DNA of 64,000 bases from Eledone cirrhosa. Lineage: Eukaryota. The position numbers were made by a program, and so were the translations under genes. Below, piece by piece: positions 27,201 to 39,961 of this stretch. Location of the stretch: the NCBI GenBank assembly GCA_964016885.1, contig OZ024746.1, positions 84,382,001-84,446,000 of the forward strand, given 5' to 3'. Position 1 is the stretch's first letter, and every line of letters starts with the position of its first letter. The notes below the pieces were generated by a model. It saw only the letters and a list, made by a program, of their open reading frames with translations, ran no database searches and was not told where the DNA came from.

Positions 27201-30200
27201 AGAGGAAGACTTGACCTCAGTACTGGACTGGTACTTTATTTAACCTTGAAAGGATGGGTTTGACCTCAGAGCTCAGAGAGCTGGAATAAATACTGCAAAG
27301 CATTCCATCTGGTGTTCAAATGAGCTAATTTGCTGCCTTTCTGCAGACATGATGTCATAATAAAAAAAAAATGGTTGATCATGGCTGGAACGTTTTCCAT
27401 AATAGATTTTCTAGGGTCGCACAACAACTTCAAAATAAAGAGAAATATAATTTTCCTTATTGCTTCATGTTATTTACATGATTTATTTATTTCTTCATCA
27501 GCATCAAGTGTCAGAAGAAGCTATAGTACGAGGAAGCAATAACCAAAGTGTAAAAGATGCTATCTATGATATTGCTTGTGCTGCTCATCAACATCTTGAT
27601 TTGGTAAATATATTCTTTTACTGGCTTTACTAATTAGACTTTGGCCATGCTGGGGCATCACATTGAAAGAATTTTTAGTCAATTATATCAACTCCAGTGC
27701 TTATTTTTCAAGTCTGGTACTTATTTTATTGACTGCCATGTTATGGGATATAAACAGTAATCATAAACACAGACTTGTACACACACACACACACACATAT
27801 GCATACATCTCTTAAACCCTGACTCCACTCTTCAGATACACTTTTGCTTAACACTCACATACAAGGATGAAACCTGGACATGCTCTACTTCTGATCTCCC
27901 ACAATGCTATTGCCATGACAAAAGAACACTAAGTCTGTATGCTGAAATACCCTATCAACCCTGCAATGCGGTTGGTGTCAGGAAGGGCATCCAACAATAG
28001 AAACCAAGCCAAAATACAGATCCATATGAGAGTAAGATGTCACCTAACCTGACTTATCACATAACATGACAACCTGTGTTGTTATTGTTAAAACTGAGAA
28101 CTCTTGAATTTTGTGTATAACATTTATCAAACTCAACTATTATGCACAACACTCAAGGTACCGTAGTAACTTCTGATCTGTTTTCACCTTCAAAATTAAA
28201 ATACATATTATACTCTACACAGTGTATTGAATGATTTTTTTTTTCTCATGTTTATAAACCCAAACATACTCATTTATATATACTAGCAGAAAAACCACCC
28301 TACGGGTGGTTTTCTGCTAGCATGTGTAGTGTGTATATTGATATTATACACAAATATATATACATGTAAATATGATACATCAAATAAAATCGTAATTGAC
28401 AATATACACAGAAATTGAACAAAGCCTATGTTACACTGTCTTCTGTAATCAGTAATCCATGATATATTTAAAAAAAACGACATTATTAGGAGAAACTTAG
28501 TGACGAAAATATATGCGATTATAAGTGTTATAATATAACGGCCGCTAACCGGAAGTGTTGACGTTTGATAATTTTAAAGATTAAGCTATAAAATATATTT
28601 AATCAACAGCCATGAAATTTAGCACATAAATTATGTAATATTCATTATTTATTCAAAGTAATCAACTTATTTTACAAACTGGGTAAAAAAAATATATTCT
28701 GGACGCAATCCCGCAGACCTTCCTTTATTATAGTTAAGATATATATATATATATATATATATGACTGAGGTGGGAGATAGGTAAAGAGATAGATGTTTGG
28801 TGAAGGGGAAATACAATGACAGAGACAATATTAATGAGGTAAGAGTGATGGTGGAGAGCTCATTCTTTGAAATTGGAATGAAGACCAACTCTAAACTTGA
28901 AGAGTCATTTACATTTTTTATTCCTGAATAATTGTTATTCAAATTTTTAAAACTGTTTTTCAGGCCCGGAATTTAAAACACCACATCACTAAGGAAATGT
29001 TGCCAGTCTTTTTATCAACTGTAAGGGGTTTTCTTTAAATTTGTTTCTTCTCTCTACCTCCATAATAGTAATAATAATAATGATGATAATAATAATTGTT
29101 TCTACTTTAGGCACAAGGCCAGCAATTACCCAGTGCATTACTGGTACTTTATTCTATCGACCTCATAAGGATGAAAGGCAAAGTCAACCTCGGCGGGATA
29201 TAATAATAATAATAATGTACCTTCTTTGAGAAAACTGAATTCAGAGATCCACAGACATGGAACTGGTTGAAAAGAGGAGACCTTAAAAAGGCTACAGAAG
29301 GAATGCTAATGGCTACGCAAGAGCAGGCCCTCAAAACGAAGTGGCTGAAACACCATATTTACAAGGAGGAGGCTATCCCACTGTGCAGGATCTGTGGTGA
29401 GAGAGAGGAGACTGTGGCTCACATTGTATCCGAGTGTAAACTTCTAGCCCAGACTCACTATAAAGGCTGGAGACATGATGGAGACATCTATGCAAAGTAA
29501 ACAATTTACAACATTCTGAGAAGTGGTATGAGCATAAGCCAGAGTCGGTGATAGAAAACGATCAGGTGAAGGTGCTGTGGGATTTTAGGATACAGATGGA
29601 CAAGAAACTGAAACACAATAGACCTGACCTGGTGGTTTTGGACAAGGAAAAAAGATCGTGCCTAATTGTGGATGTGGCCTGCCCATTCGACATGAGAGTG
29701 CAGAAACTGGCTAAGAAATGGCAAGAAAAGCCTCTGTATGGAAAATACCCCAAAAGAGCTAACAATCCTGATGTTGACAAAACTTTAACCCATCAGTGGT
29801 TGGCATCCTCTGGACTGAAGGACTGATTATATCAGCACAAGATCAGTGTCTGCCAACAAAAAACTATCAAGCCAACATAATAAAAAATGGATGCAACCCA
29901 TTATGCTGTGTATGTAAAATACAACCAGAGACCATTGATCATATAATTTCAATGTGCAGTCCTATAGCTCCAACCGAATACCTAAACAGGCACGACAGAG
30001 CTGCACAATACATACATTGGATAATGTGTAAGCATTTTGACCTGCCCCATCAAAAGAATTGGTGGGAGCATCAACCACCTCCCGTACTTGAAAAAGATCA
30101 CATTTCAATCTTGTGGAACTTTAGCACCCAAACAGACCGAAAAATAGATGCAAATAGACCTGATATAATACTGAAGGGCTTTAAAAAGAGGGTATGCCTG

Positions 30201-30781
30201 CTAATTGATATGTCCGTTCCAATAGACAAGAATGTATCTATAAAAACATTTGAAAAATTGAGCAAGAAATTGAGATAGAAATTGGAAAAATGTGGAAGTT
30301 GAGAACTAAAACAATACCAGTGGTTGTAGGCACTCTAGGAATGATACCTAAGAGGTCTAATGATTACTTATCACAAATCCCAGGAAACCCGCATGTAGGA
30401 GAAATACAAAAGATAGTACTAATGGGAACTGCCCATATACTAAGGAAGATTCTGTCAATATAAGTACATCACAAGTCTAAACACCTAAAGATGCATGTGT
30501 GTGTATGTATGTTCTTTCTTGAACATTGTTATAAAGCAGGATAAATGCAACTGTAATAATAATAATCTATGAGATTCATATGTGTTTTATATGAACAATA
30601 CCCATTTCCTTTTGTTGTATGGTATTTTAATATATTCTTCATTGTATTTCAGGTTATATGTGAACAGTATCTCAACAAACTCCAGAAAGTTGACTTTCAT
30701 GTATTTCACCCTCACCTACAACGGAGAGATAATTTATTGCCAATAAGGTTATGGCTACGAACTAAAAAGTCTAAATATTGA
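15107..30781 (+). CDS. NDUFAF6: NADH dehydrogenase (complex I) assembly factor 6, squalene/phytoene-synthase-like; 10 coding exons, 951 nt, 316 aa
   Basis: Exons 15107-15252, 18080-18179, 20338-20418, 20864-20905, 22923-22979, 25164-25266, 26396-26529, 27502-27603, 28964-29020, 30653-30781; all GT-AG and phase-compatible; hallmark motifs [37 protein letters not shown]. Confidence 0.95.
16130..16260 (-). mobile_element. CRE-like non-LTR retrotransposon C-terminal relic
   Basis: Minus-strand [12 protein letters not shown]...[10 protein letters not shown] (with a frameshift), resembling the QRGNA motif that follows restriction-like endonuclease domains. Confidence 0.5.
17300..17478 (-). mobile_element. 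tRNA-derived Nin/Deu-domain SINE, near full length
   Basis: Core GCCTTTCATCCTT..GGGGTCGATAAAATAAAGTACCAG; 15-bp target-site duplication TAGAAATATAATAAT; other copies near 5645, 13531, 15535, 22653, 29092, 41531, 48620, 61070. Confidence 0.85.
17495..18040 (+). mobile_element. CR1/L2-like LINE 3' end with (ATT)n tail
   Basis: [23 protein letters not shown]...HKII...NTHGHTYKV...[10 protein letters not shown]; the same 3'UTR recurs at about 22485-22652. Confidence 0.75.
18080..18179 (+). CDS. NDUFAF6: NDUFAF6 coding exon 2
   Basis: [33 protein letters not shown]; TTTCAG acceptor and GTGAAT donor. Confidence 0.95.
20338..20418 (+). CDS. NDUFAF6: NDUFAF6 coding exon 3
   Basis: [27 protein letters not shown]; AG/GT boundaries. 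Confidence 0.93.
20864..20905 (+). CDS. NDUFAF6: NDUFAF6 coding exon 4 (42 nt)
   Basis: [14 protein letters not shown]; TTACAG acceptor and GTGAGT donor. Confidence 0.88.
22923..22979 (+). CDS. NDUFAF6: NDUFAF6 coding exon 5
   Basis: [19 protein letters not shown]. Confidence 0.93.
23582..23909 (+). mobile_element. Solo LTR (Gypsy-like), 328 bp
   Basis: TGTAGC...GCTATA termini, 4-bp TSD GACA on both sides, TATAAAA near 23679, ATTAAA near 23844. Confidence 0.75.
25164..25266 (+). CDS. NDUFAF6: NDUFAF6 coding exon 6
   Basis: [34 protein letters not shown](G); GTGAGT donor. Confidence 0.93.
26396..26529 (+). CDS. NDUFAF6: NDUFAF6 coding exon 7
   Basis: [44 protein letters not shown]. Confidence 0.95.
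27502..27603 (+). CDS. NDUFAF6: NDUFAF6 coding exon 8
   Basis: [34 protein letters not shown]. Confidence 0.93.
28964..29020 (+). CDS. NDUFAF6: NDUFAF6 coding exon 9
   Basis: [19 protein letters not shown]; TTTCAG acceptor and GTAAGG donor. Confidence 0.9.
29216..30566 (+). mobile_element. R4/Dong-clade non-LTR retrotransposon 3' fragments (two fused pieces) in (TAA)n
   Basis: CCHC knuckle ([18 protein letters not shown]; [18 protein letters not shown]), RHD motif and restriction-like endonuclease NRPD...D occur twice; ends [12 protein letters not shown]; (TAA)n on both flanks. Confidence 0.85.
30653..30781 (+). CDS. NDUFAF6: NDUFAF6 last coding exon
   Basis: [42 protein letters not shown]. 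Confidence 0.93.
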   Translation, partial: VICEQYLNKLQKVDFHVFHPHLQRRDNLLPIRLWLRTKKSKY

Positions 30782-31779
30782 ACTATATAAACCGATATTT
30801 TATGGAAAATACAGAGTTGTGTCCTATTTTCATTAATACATATTCTGTAATCTATTTGTGTATGTGCCATCTCATCATTATCATTTTATGTCCATTTTCC
30901 ATGCATGGGTTGTCATGGTCCTGCTCTTATGTTCCATTTTTTGGCATGGTTTCTTCATTTGGAACCCCTTCCTAACACTGTTTACAATTGTATGAGTGTA
31001 TTTACTGTTGGATACCATTTTCAGCCATGTATAAGAAAACGATGATATATATATATTTTTTTTTTTTTTCACCTCCATTTTCCATCCTGGAACACTCATA
31101 TGTACTATTTTGGGCATAATTTTTACAGTTAAAGGCTCTTACTAACATCAAACACTTTACAGAGTGTACTTGGAGAATTTTATGATGACATCAGCATGGC
31201 TATAGTCTTCTTTTATTTATGATGTCTGTTCTTTCAAGGGAGTGAATAGAAGAGAGTAATGTCCAAGATCAGAGATGGAGTGTATGAGTATGAGCGTAAT
31301 GGAGTGAAACTAATAAAAGTGAGATGATGGTAGGGAGGGAATAATGAAAGAGATACAGTAATAGTTACATGCTAGTTGTTACTAAAGAGATTGAATAAGG
31401 GAGGGCATGATGGGTAATGGTAAGGGAAAGCAAGTGATAATAGGGTACAGTAGCATTGCAGATAGTAAATGATGGATAGCTATAGAGGTGTGTGATAGTG
31501 AGAGAGGTAGAGTGGTAGAAAGATTATGATAGAAAAGAGATAGAGTAATAGAAGGTTCATGACAGAAAAGAAGTATAGTGATAAAAGGTGATCATGGAGG
31601 GATGGAATACAATCATATCAAATGCTATCCCTTTTTCAAGCATGATAATACAGTGGATGGAAAGATAGAAGAGAGGATAATGAAAAGTATACTTAACAAG
31701 AATACGATAGGCCTAATGTAGATATATTATACATTCCCACCTCCATTTTAACAACCATTTTTCTTCGCTTGCATCAGTA

Positions 31780-33190
31780 GGTGGGTCTTCTCCTGCATTG
31801 CATGTTGCCACTTGTCATCTCCTTCAAGAATGTCGGCTCTTTGAATTCATTCTTCACTACTTGGCCCATGTCTTCTAAGGTCTGAGTCTCCCCCTTCCAC
31901 AGGTTCCAACCAGTTCAAGTATCTGGCCCTTCTTTATACAACTGACATCCTCCATATGCACCACATGCCCATACCACTGCAGCCTTCCTTCTTCCAAATT
32001 ACACCTGACTCTTATATTTAGCTTAGTTTTGCTTTGTCATACTAACATTACTTATCCTGCTGAACATGGTCACTTCATTTTTTTCTAGCCATCACAATTC
32101 TCCTTCATTTAAGCCCCATGACATACTACCAAACATAATACAATCTGCCTTTTATTTGAAGAAACTCTGTTACCAGCAGAAGTAACAGTTCATTGAACAT
32201 TTTCCTTCCCATTTTTACTCAGGCTTTCAGAACACCTACTTCCACAATTTATGAGGTCACCCAGATAAAAAAAAAGCTATTAACTACTTCTAGAGAACCT
32301 TCCAAGCAATTGAAAGAATCTATTCTATATGTATTCTTACTGCTCCAGTACATCAGCCATATATGAAGTCTACCTTCTCTGCCAGCCTGTCTGTAATCCC
32401 ACCATACTTATTGTACATCCACAGTTTTTTACTTGTTACACTATATAGAATTTTTATCTACTCCTTTTCTACTTATCAAGCAGATGTTACCTTAATGGTA
32501 GAAGGGGCATGTTTTCATTCCTACTTACTAAGACTTCTTTGAAGCCTCCTTATTCCAGATTTTGTTTCCTTATCTGGATTTCTTCTCTAAGTCTTCTACA
32601 GATTTTGCTGTAAGAACTCGGTCATCAGCATACAAGAGTTTCCAGTAAATTATAGAACATGGAATCTTGTCAAAGGCATTCTCCACCTTGATGAATGCTA
32701 AGTTTAGAAACTTATTCCAAGCTAAGTATTTCTGCAGTTATCAGACTAAGAAGATGGCATCAGTAATGCCTCTTCCTGACACAAGGCCAAACTACGTCTT
32801 ATCTAGGCTAATTCTCTTCCTAATCAAATGTGTTGTCACTCTTTAAGTAACCTTCATAACGTGATCCAACAATTTTATATCTGTATTTGCCTGTCTCTGA
32901 TGCATTTACTTTTCCCGAATAACAGTTAATTATGATACTGCTATATCATTGAGTATGACATCACCCTTTACTAGCTGGTTGACTCTGCAAATGACTAGCA
33001 TATGCTGTACTTCACCAGATATTTTAAACATCTCAGTTGCTTTCCCTGCCTGCATAACCTTACTTATGCTTGTGACTTTACTGTTGTCAACTTTAATAAC
33101 TGGTCCCTCTTTTGGGTCTAAGTGGGGTTATACCTTATCTGTCTCATGCATTCTCTTCATTCAACAACCTTTCTTTTTGACATCATTAAG
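31780..33190 (-). mobile_element. Decayed RTE-like LINE (reverse transcriptase region)
   Basis: Minus-strand remnants FGLVSGRGITDAIF, ENAFDK, ELLYADD, WYGHVVHM. Confidence 0.7.
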
Positions 33191-34837
33191 TGCAAGAGTG
33201 CCATATATATATATATATACACACACACAATAGGCACAATTATATATATACACAATTCCTAGTTACTAAATGTCACTCACAAGGTATTGGTTAATCTGTG
33301 GCTATAGAAGATAAAAGGTGATAAAAGATGGGTTTGAACCTAGAACCAGGTAGTTGCAAGGTGAACTCCTTAATTACACAACCATGTCTTGAATTTGTAT
33401 TTTTAATTTATCCAAAATGTAATTCACATATCTAGTTTATAATACTATGTGAATCTTGTAACTGGAAAAGAAAATTGTTTAATTATGATAATGAAGATGA
33501 CAAATATATAACAAACAATATTTTTTGAAAAATTTATTTTATATATATATATATATATATACATACATACATATATATATGTACAACATAAACAATATCA
33601 TATAACAAAATTGTTATATTTTCAACAATGTTTTTTTTTTTCTCAAAACAGAAATATTCAGTAAATGATAACTATTATTATATGTCTTCCTCACAGGATG
33701 GAAAATTATATATAATTAAAGTCATCACTATTTTGGCTAGGCCACGTCAAACATTATACTTAAAATTCAGCATTAAATAACTCATTTATTTCTAACTAAA
33801 ATGATTTGTAATCTAAATTAATAGATGTGATACTAATTAAGTAAAAAATATTACATTATTATATTTATTTTATACTATTTAAAATCTGACATTATTTCAT
33901 TGACCTAAATGTAACTAATCTATTCAAAATAATTAAAACTCAAAGACTTTTATGATGGAAAACAAAGATAAATCAGGTAGTCGATGTTTCCATTTTAAAT
34001 ATGTAAACAATTTTTTTTGTTATTGTTTTTTTTTTATTATTTACAAAAGTTCTCCAAAAAACGGAGAAAATATTTAATAGAGATTTTTTTTTTCTTTGGA
34101 TGGAATCATTAACTTTATCTTTTCAAACCAAAGAAATATTTGTTGCCTTAATTACTCAATGTATATACAGTTTTTAATCAATAAATATAGGTTTTAGTTC
34201 AGATAACTGACATCACTTATTTGGAATGTCTTCTCTGGTAGAAAATATAATTAAAAAAACAACAAAAAACCTTTATATCTAAAATGCAGTTTAAAAAAGG
34301 GTACTTCCAAAAACTGGAAGGAATTAACAGATATACATTGATTATTGAGAATACAGTACAAGTTCCAAGTTTTCCTGGACTTTGGAGATGCACCAGAGCT
34401 ACTAAAAAGTCAATTAAATGAACTTAATAAAGAAGGAATTAAATTAATAAATTAAAATTTATTTGTAATCCCCCTAATTTTAAAGATTAAAATTTTAATA
34501 AAGTAGGTTTTTAATAGATATGTCTCATGTGTATGGTAAAATTGATTCAACAATCAAAAACATTATAAAAATGGCACCAGCAAAGAACTTGATACTAATG
34601 TTACTGCTAAAATAGATGTTCTTAGCAAACATACATCTAAAATGAAGACATAGTATAACATAAACCAGTGCTTGCTACCAATTTTATAAGGTGAGACAAT
34701 TTATTCATTATTTCTTATAAAGGGGGAGAGGACGTTTAAGTAAAAAAAACAAAAAAAACAAGCTGAAGCTCAAAAGATAAACAGTTTAACAGTCAGCAGT
34801 AAAAATCCATAACTAATATTCCATTATTGATCTTTAA

Positions 34838-35004
34838 CCCTTTGGCGTTTACCTTACATATACTATTGTATTTTCACAGTAAAAGCTTTATCTCACATAA
34901 TATTGAATCTATGAGATTTTGATATTTATTTTATGAATGGCCAGTTTGAATAGAGAGAGGTGAGAGAATTCTGGCTGCATACAGCCCATTTAAATGCTAT
35001 AGGG
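34838..35004. mobile_element. piggyBac-type MITE in the probable bZIP 3'UTR
   Basis: TTAA|CCCTTTGGCGTTTA ... TAAATGCTATAGGG|TTAA; same family as 58911-59130. Confidence 0.7.
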
Positions 35005-35767
35005 TTAAACTAATAGCTACAATGATAACATATCTAGATGTTCCATTTTTTCTTAAAATTCTCACAAGTTGTTAATAATATTTTTTATACACCCTTCTAA
35101 ACAATTATATCAGACTACATTTATAATTTTCAATATATATTTCTAATTGTATTGTTCTTCAAATATAAGGTCTTATTGCTAGATCGTATTTTATGTTGAA
35201 ATCAAAATAATAATGTTAAAACTTAGTGAAATAAATAATAACGTTTTCATCAACTATATAACTTTATAGGTCTATATAACAATAAAAGATACAATTATTC
35301 AAATTTTCCAGTCAATTATATAAATCTATATTTAAACCATTTAATACCATCTTTATTTTCTGCTTAAATTTTAGATTAATCATAATTTCTTAAAAATATG
35401 GTTACATTATTTACTAGAGTTAATATATATTTAAAGTTGATATAAAGCAAAAATGTTAAAAACAGAATTAAAAATAGATATAAAACTGATGTTACATGTA
35501 AACTATTTCAAGTAACACAAAAAATATTCAGATTTCATTCTTTGATGGTTTCAATTTTAGTATAATCACTAATATGTAATTATTAATAATATCAAAATAT
35601 GGAATTCTTACATAGCTATATGAAAGAAATAGTAACTTGTGATGTTTAATGTTTTCCTAAATAATGCATAATAACAATCAACAAGTTAGGTAATATTTCT
35701 AAAACAATCAAGTGTTTTAGTAGGCAAAATTTTTCGTCAATATTTTTTCCCATGTCCTTCCAGATGT

Positions 35768-36745
35768 TTACACCAATGCTTGCACTAATTCAGCTTTTGT
35801 CTTTTCTAAACAATTCTCAAGATCTTTGACTTTCAGCTTCAACGTTTCATTTCTTATACCAAGTTCTTCAAGTTCCATCAAATCGATTTGATTCTTTTTC
35901 TTGCGGTTCTCTCTTGACTTGCGTGATGCTATATTATTTCGCCTTCTCCTTTCATTATATTTCTCAATAGCAGAAATTTCCCCAGTTGTGAGAGATGAGA
36001 TCGTCATTTGTCTATTACCTGTAGATGTCTGGGCTGTACTAGAGATTTCAACTGCTACACGGAGCTTTTTATTAGTAGTATGATCATCAGTACAGTTCTG
36101 GCTTTCAATACTTGCTGATGATGATTCATCTATGTTATTGTCACCAGGTAACAGTACAGAAGGCAGAGTGTAAGTCTGGTTGATAAAGTCAACTTTACTC
36201 TCAGACATCCGTTTTAGATATGCGTTTTGTGACATTTGATGGGTTGAGGTAATTACCTCCTTACTATGTTCAGGTAAACATCCCAGAACTTTGCTTGTCT
36301 GGGGATAAATATTTAAATTCTGATCTACCATAGGATAAGTCTTTATTTTCTCATCTAGACCTGTATAAAGACTTTGCTTCTCATCTACTGTTGGGTAAAT
36401 TTCCAGCTTTTCCTCTGCATCAGAATAGATAATATGACCACCATTTGCGTCAGAGCAGACATCTTCTATGAGGTGATCAATTTTGGACTCATCTTTTAGT
36501 TTCTGGTCTGTCAGCAGTAAATTATCCAACTTCTGATCTGTCTCCTGGTAAAACTCCAGCTTTTGATCTGTTTTTGGCCAAACTTCTAGCATCTTACTTA
36601 CCTCAGAATAATACTCATACTGTGGCTCTGATTCCAAGGCAGAGTTTTGTGAATCAAATTTGTGTTGGAGATTTGAATCAAAAGAAGTTGCTGTAGAAAT
36701 TACATCTTGTGTAATATCGTCATCCAAATACTTTTGGGAAGAGTC
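35768..36745 (-). CDS. bZIP factor terminal coding exon
   Basis: Acceptor TTTCATAG|GAC at 36746; 325 codons ending in the bZIP domain. Confidence 0.92.
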   Translation of the reverse strand, partial: DSSQKYLDDDITQDVISTATSFDSNLQHKFDSQNSALESEPQYEYYSEVSKMLEVWPKTDQKLEFYQETDQKLDNLLLTDQKLKDESKIDHLIEDVCSDANGGHIIYSDAEEKLEIYPTVDEKQSLYTGLDEKIKTYPMVDQNLNIYPQTSKVLGCLPEHSKEVITSTHQMSQNAYLKRMSESKVDFINQTYTLPSVLLPGDNNIDESSSASIESQNCTDDHTTNKKLRVAVEISSTAQTSTGNRQMTISSLTTGEISAIEKYNERRRRNNIASRKSRENRKKKNQIDLMELEELGIRNETLKLKVKDLENCLEKTKAELVQALV

Positions 36746-39700
36746 CTATGAAATAACATTAAAAAAATTCATATTAGAAGATGAAAACGAATATAACAAA
36801 ATATTAAATAAACAAAATAAGCAAGGTGATTTTCATTATTTATTGAATCCCACAAAAAATAGAATCTCCAAACAAGACTTGGATTCAAGATTCTGCATTG
36901 CAGAATACCAGTCTAAAAAGGCAGTGTAGAGAGGACTCTTTAGTATCACCACATGAGACAACAACCTCTTTAGTTGCATTAGCATGATAAAATATACACA
37001 GTACATGCTGTAAGGTGGTTGGTTATATGAAGGTTTATGGCCTCCAAAATCGTAACAAAAAATAAGACCTACAAATGAGTTGAGTACTAGCAAGCTGCAT
37101 GACAGGCTGCCCATCTACAAGGGCATTAACTCTGATACAGAATTGGTGCAGAGTATAAAATACATTTTATTCTAGCTGCAGACACTCTTTCAATCCACAC
37201 TGAATCAACAAAGTTGTCCAGTACCTTTAATACTGTGCGTGGTAGTATGACATGGACTATGATGAGTGATGAGATGCTGTAAAACTCAACCAACAAATGC
37301 CAGCATGGAAAAATTGCCCATATGATGATAATGACAACCTATAACAGACACTTATAAAATGGAAATAGTGCCAGTGGAAGTATTGAGCATTTTTTACTTA
37401 GTGAAACCACCTGTAAAGTATTAAATATATGTGTGTGTGTGTGTATATATATATACACACAGATATATACATTAGGAAGGGCATCCAGCTGTAAAAATCA
37501 TAACATAACTGGAACATAAATGTAATGGAAACAAGATACAACCCCACCCTATCTAGGAGGACAGTAGCTCAGCTAATTAGGGGGTTTGTCTGTAACAACT
37601 CATCTAACTTATGCCAGCATGGAAAAATGGACATAAAATGCTGATGATGATTGATGATAATGATAATATATTACATACAATGTTATATAACAAACAAACA
37701 TAATAATGAACAGGTCTTTTTCTCTTTCAACAATCAAATTCAAAGCTCTTTCCTCATGTCTATTTATAACCTATTGAATGAAATTAGGTCACGAAGAAAA
37801 AAAAACTGAACTGAAGACATAAAAAATTTGTTTGTTTTGTTTTTCTGATGTCATAATTGAATATTTCTATCATTGCCACCAAGCCACCTATTTTAGTGGG
37901 AGAAAAGAGATTATTAAACTAGCTTACCAGTCCTTGACTTATTTTATCAAGTTTAAAATTATGAAAGCAAGATAGTCAAAGGTAAGATATGAACTCAGAA
38001 TTTCAGGATGTTATGTTAATACCCATCCTGCAAGCTATCTGTTCGTCTACCAAATCTGCCACCCAATGCCCTATTAACAGGGTAGTTATATCCTACACAA
38101 CAAATTTGATTGTGTATTTTTTCAGGAGGAAAAAAAATTAGTAAAATAGAAATTTAGGCTAATAACTTTTTAGCTTTGTTGCTTAGCCACAGGTCAGCCT
38201 TGGTTAAATAAACCAACAATTAAAGGTATTTCCAGTATGACCATCCATCCTTTCTCCTAAACATAGTAAACTCAAGACCACATTATCTAATGTCTTTTTC
38301 TTCTTTTGTGCTATTTTTAGCAGATCAAATTAATGTAGAGGTTCACTTTTTGGCTCAAATGTTTTTTTTTCCAATGTGTTTCACTACTTTTTATTTAAAG
38401 ACAGTAGATTATAATTTAAAGGATATTTGTCTGCTATTTTAATAACCCTAATTATGTTGATGATGACTTCTATTTTACTGAAGTAGATGAAACATTTTTT
38501 TCAGACACTAATGAAGAACAGATGTATAATGTTATACTTTTAGAGGATTGTGCTACCAATAAAAACACATGCACCAATCGAGTTTCACTTCAATTTATTA
38601 TTAGTTGAGTAACTAATCCATTTATTGGTTAGTCCATTTATTGGTTAGTTTAGTAACAATGACTACTCTTGTTACTCTGTCTCTCCTCTATGTTCTATTT
38701 TTCTCCATCTTGTGTTTTTGATGTGTGTGTGTTTCTGGTCTGTGCATGTATGTTTAAATGTGTGTTCAAATGTCTGTGTGTATGTATCCATGTGTGGCTA
38801 CTTCTACAAGCTATGTAATCTTCCTACAGTTATGAAAAATTCTATGATAATCTCCAAATGATTGACTATCATTGTTTTTTAACATCCCCTCATACATAAT
38901 GGCATGGGTTGAATAGGACTTTTAAAGGGAGTGTTTGGGGCTGGATACCTTTCCTGATAGTAACCCTTTTAGCTGCCTGTTGCAACATGTAGGGATATCT
39001 TTGAATAACTAATGTAGATTAAATCAATCACTAACCTCTAAACATATAAATTTTGAATAATTCTTTTTTACTTACAGCATCCAGTGGTAAAAGATTGGAA
39101 ATATCATTTGAAAGTAATAAGCTGTTCAGATCTGTAGGGAACAGATCTTCAACATCAAAGGATCCGAGTTGTGAATTTGGGCTTGAACCTGGTAGAGAGT
39201 AAAAATATATATTTTTTTAATAAATAGATAATAGATGCAGGTATGATTGCATAATTAAGAAATTTGCTTTGAACCACAGGGTTCAGGGTTTGATCTCTCT
39301 GTGAGGACAATCCTGAACCTTTGGCAAGTGTCTTCTATTATAACATAGAGTTGAGTGGAATTTACTAGGCAGAAACTGTACAGAAGCTTGTTACACACAC
39401 ACACACACATATATATATGCATGTATCAGTGTCTGTGTTAGTGTTTACACTAGTCTAAAAATCAGCATTGCTTCTGTCATGTTCCTTTATTTCCTGAAAG
39501 TTAGTGGTTCAATCAATAACATAAATACAAACTGAAATAAGTACTTGAGATGATCAGTCGATATGATTGGCTAAACCCTTGAGGAATGAGCTCCAACATG
39601 GCCACAGTCCAATGAGTAAAACCAGTAAAAGAAATAGCATATGAATTGTACCCTAATATTAGGTATCTGCATTTATTTCTCTCTTTCACACACACCCTCT

Positions 39701-39804
39701 CTTTTTCTAGAATATTAAAATGAAATTATGAGTGAGAGGAGTCAATCATCTCAAGCAAACTATAAAATTCATTTCCACTTACCACTGTTAAATAGGCCAT
39801 TCAT
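35768..39804 (-). CDS. C/EBP/PAR-related bZIP transcription factor (Xrp1/CHOP-like architecture), 3 coding exons, 370 aa
   Basis: Exons 39783-39804 (MNGLFNSG), 39076-39188 (SSPNSQLGSFDVEDLFP...PLDA) and 35768-36745; GTAAGT donors, phases match; basic region EKYNERRRRNNIASRKSRENRK followed by leucine heptads. Confidence 0.85.
39076..39188 (-). CDS. bZIP factor internal exon (acidic/hydrophobic, activation-domain-like)
   Basis: CTACCAG acceptor, GTAAGT donor, 113 nt, open in the required phase 1 to phase 0. Confidence 0.8.
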
Positions 39805-39961
39805 CTTCAATACCAAACGTGGTTAAATAAGATGTGTCAGTCACTGGTGTTTTAACTGTATGGGGAACATCAAAAATCTGGAATATATCCTCAACAACAT
39901 CCATTTGAAGATATGTGGACTGGTCTTGACATCCAGGGTGAGTGGTATCTTGTGATTGCAT
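39788..39961 (-). promoter_or_regulatory. 57-codon upstream ORF overlapping the bZIP start codon out of frame
   Basis: MQSQDTTHPGCQDQSTYLQMDVVEDIFQIFDVPHTVKTPVTDTSYLTTFGIEDEWPI*; stop at 39790-39788 lies downstream of the main ATG at 39804; host exon 39783-40198. Confidence 0.7.
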
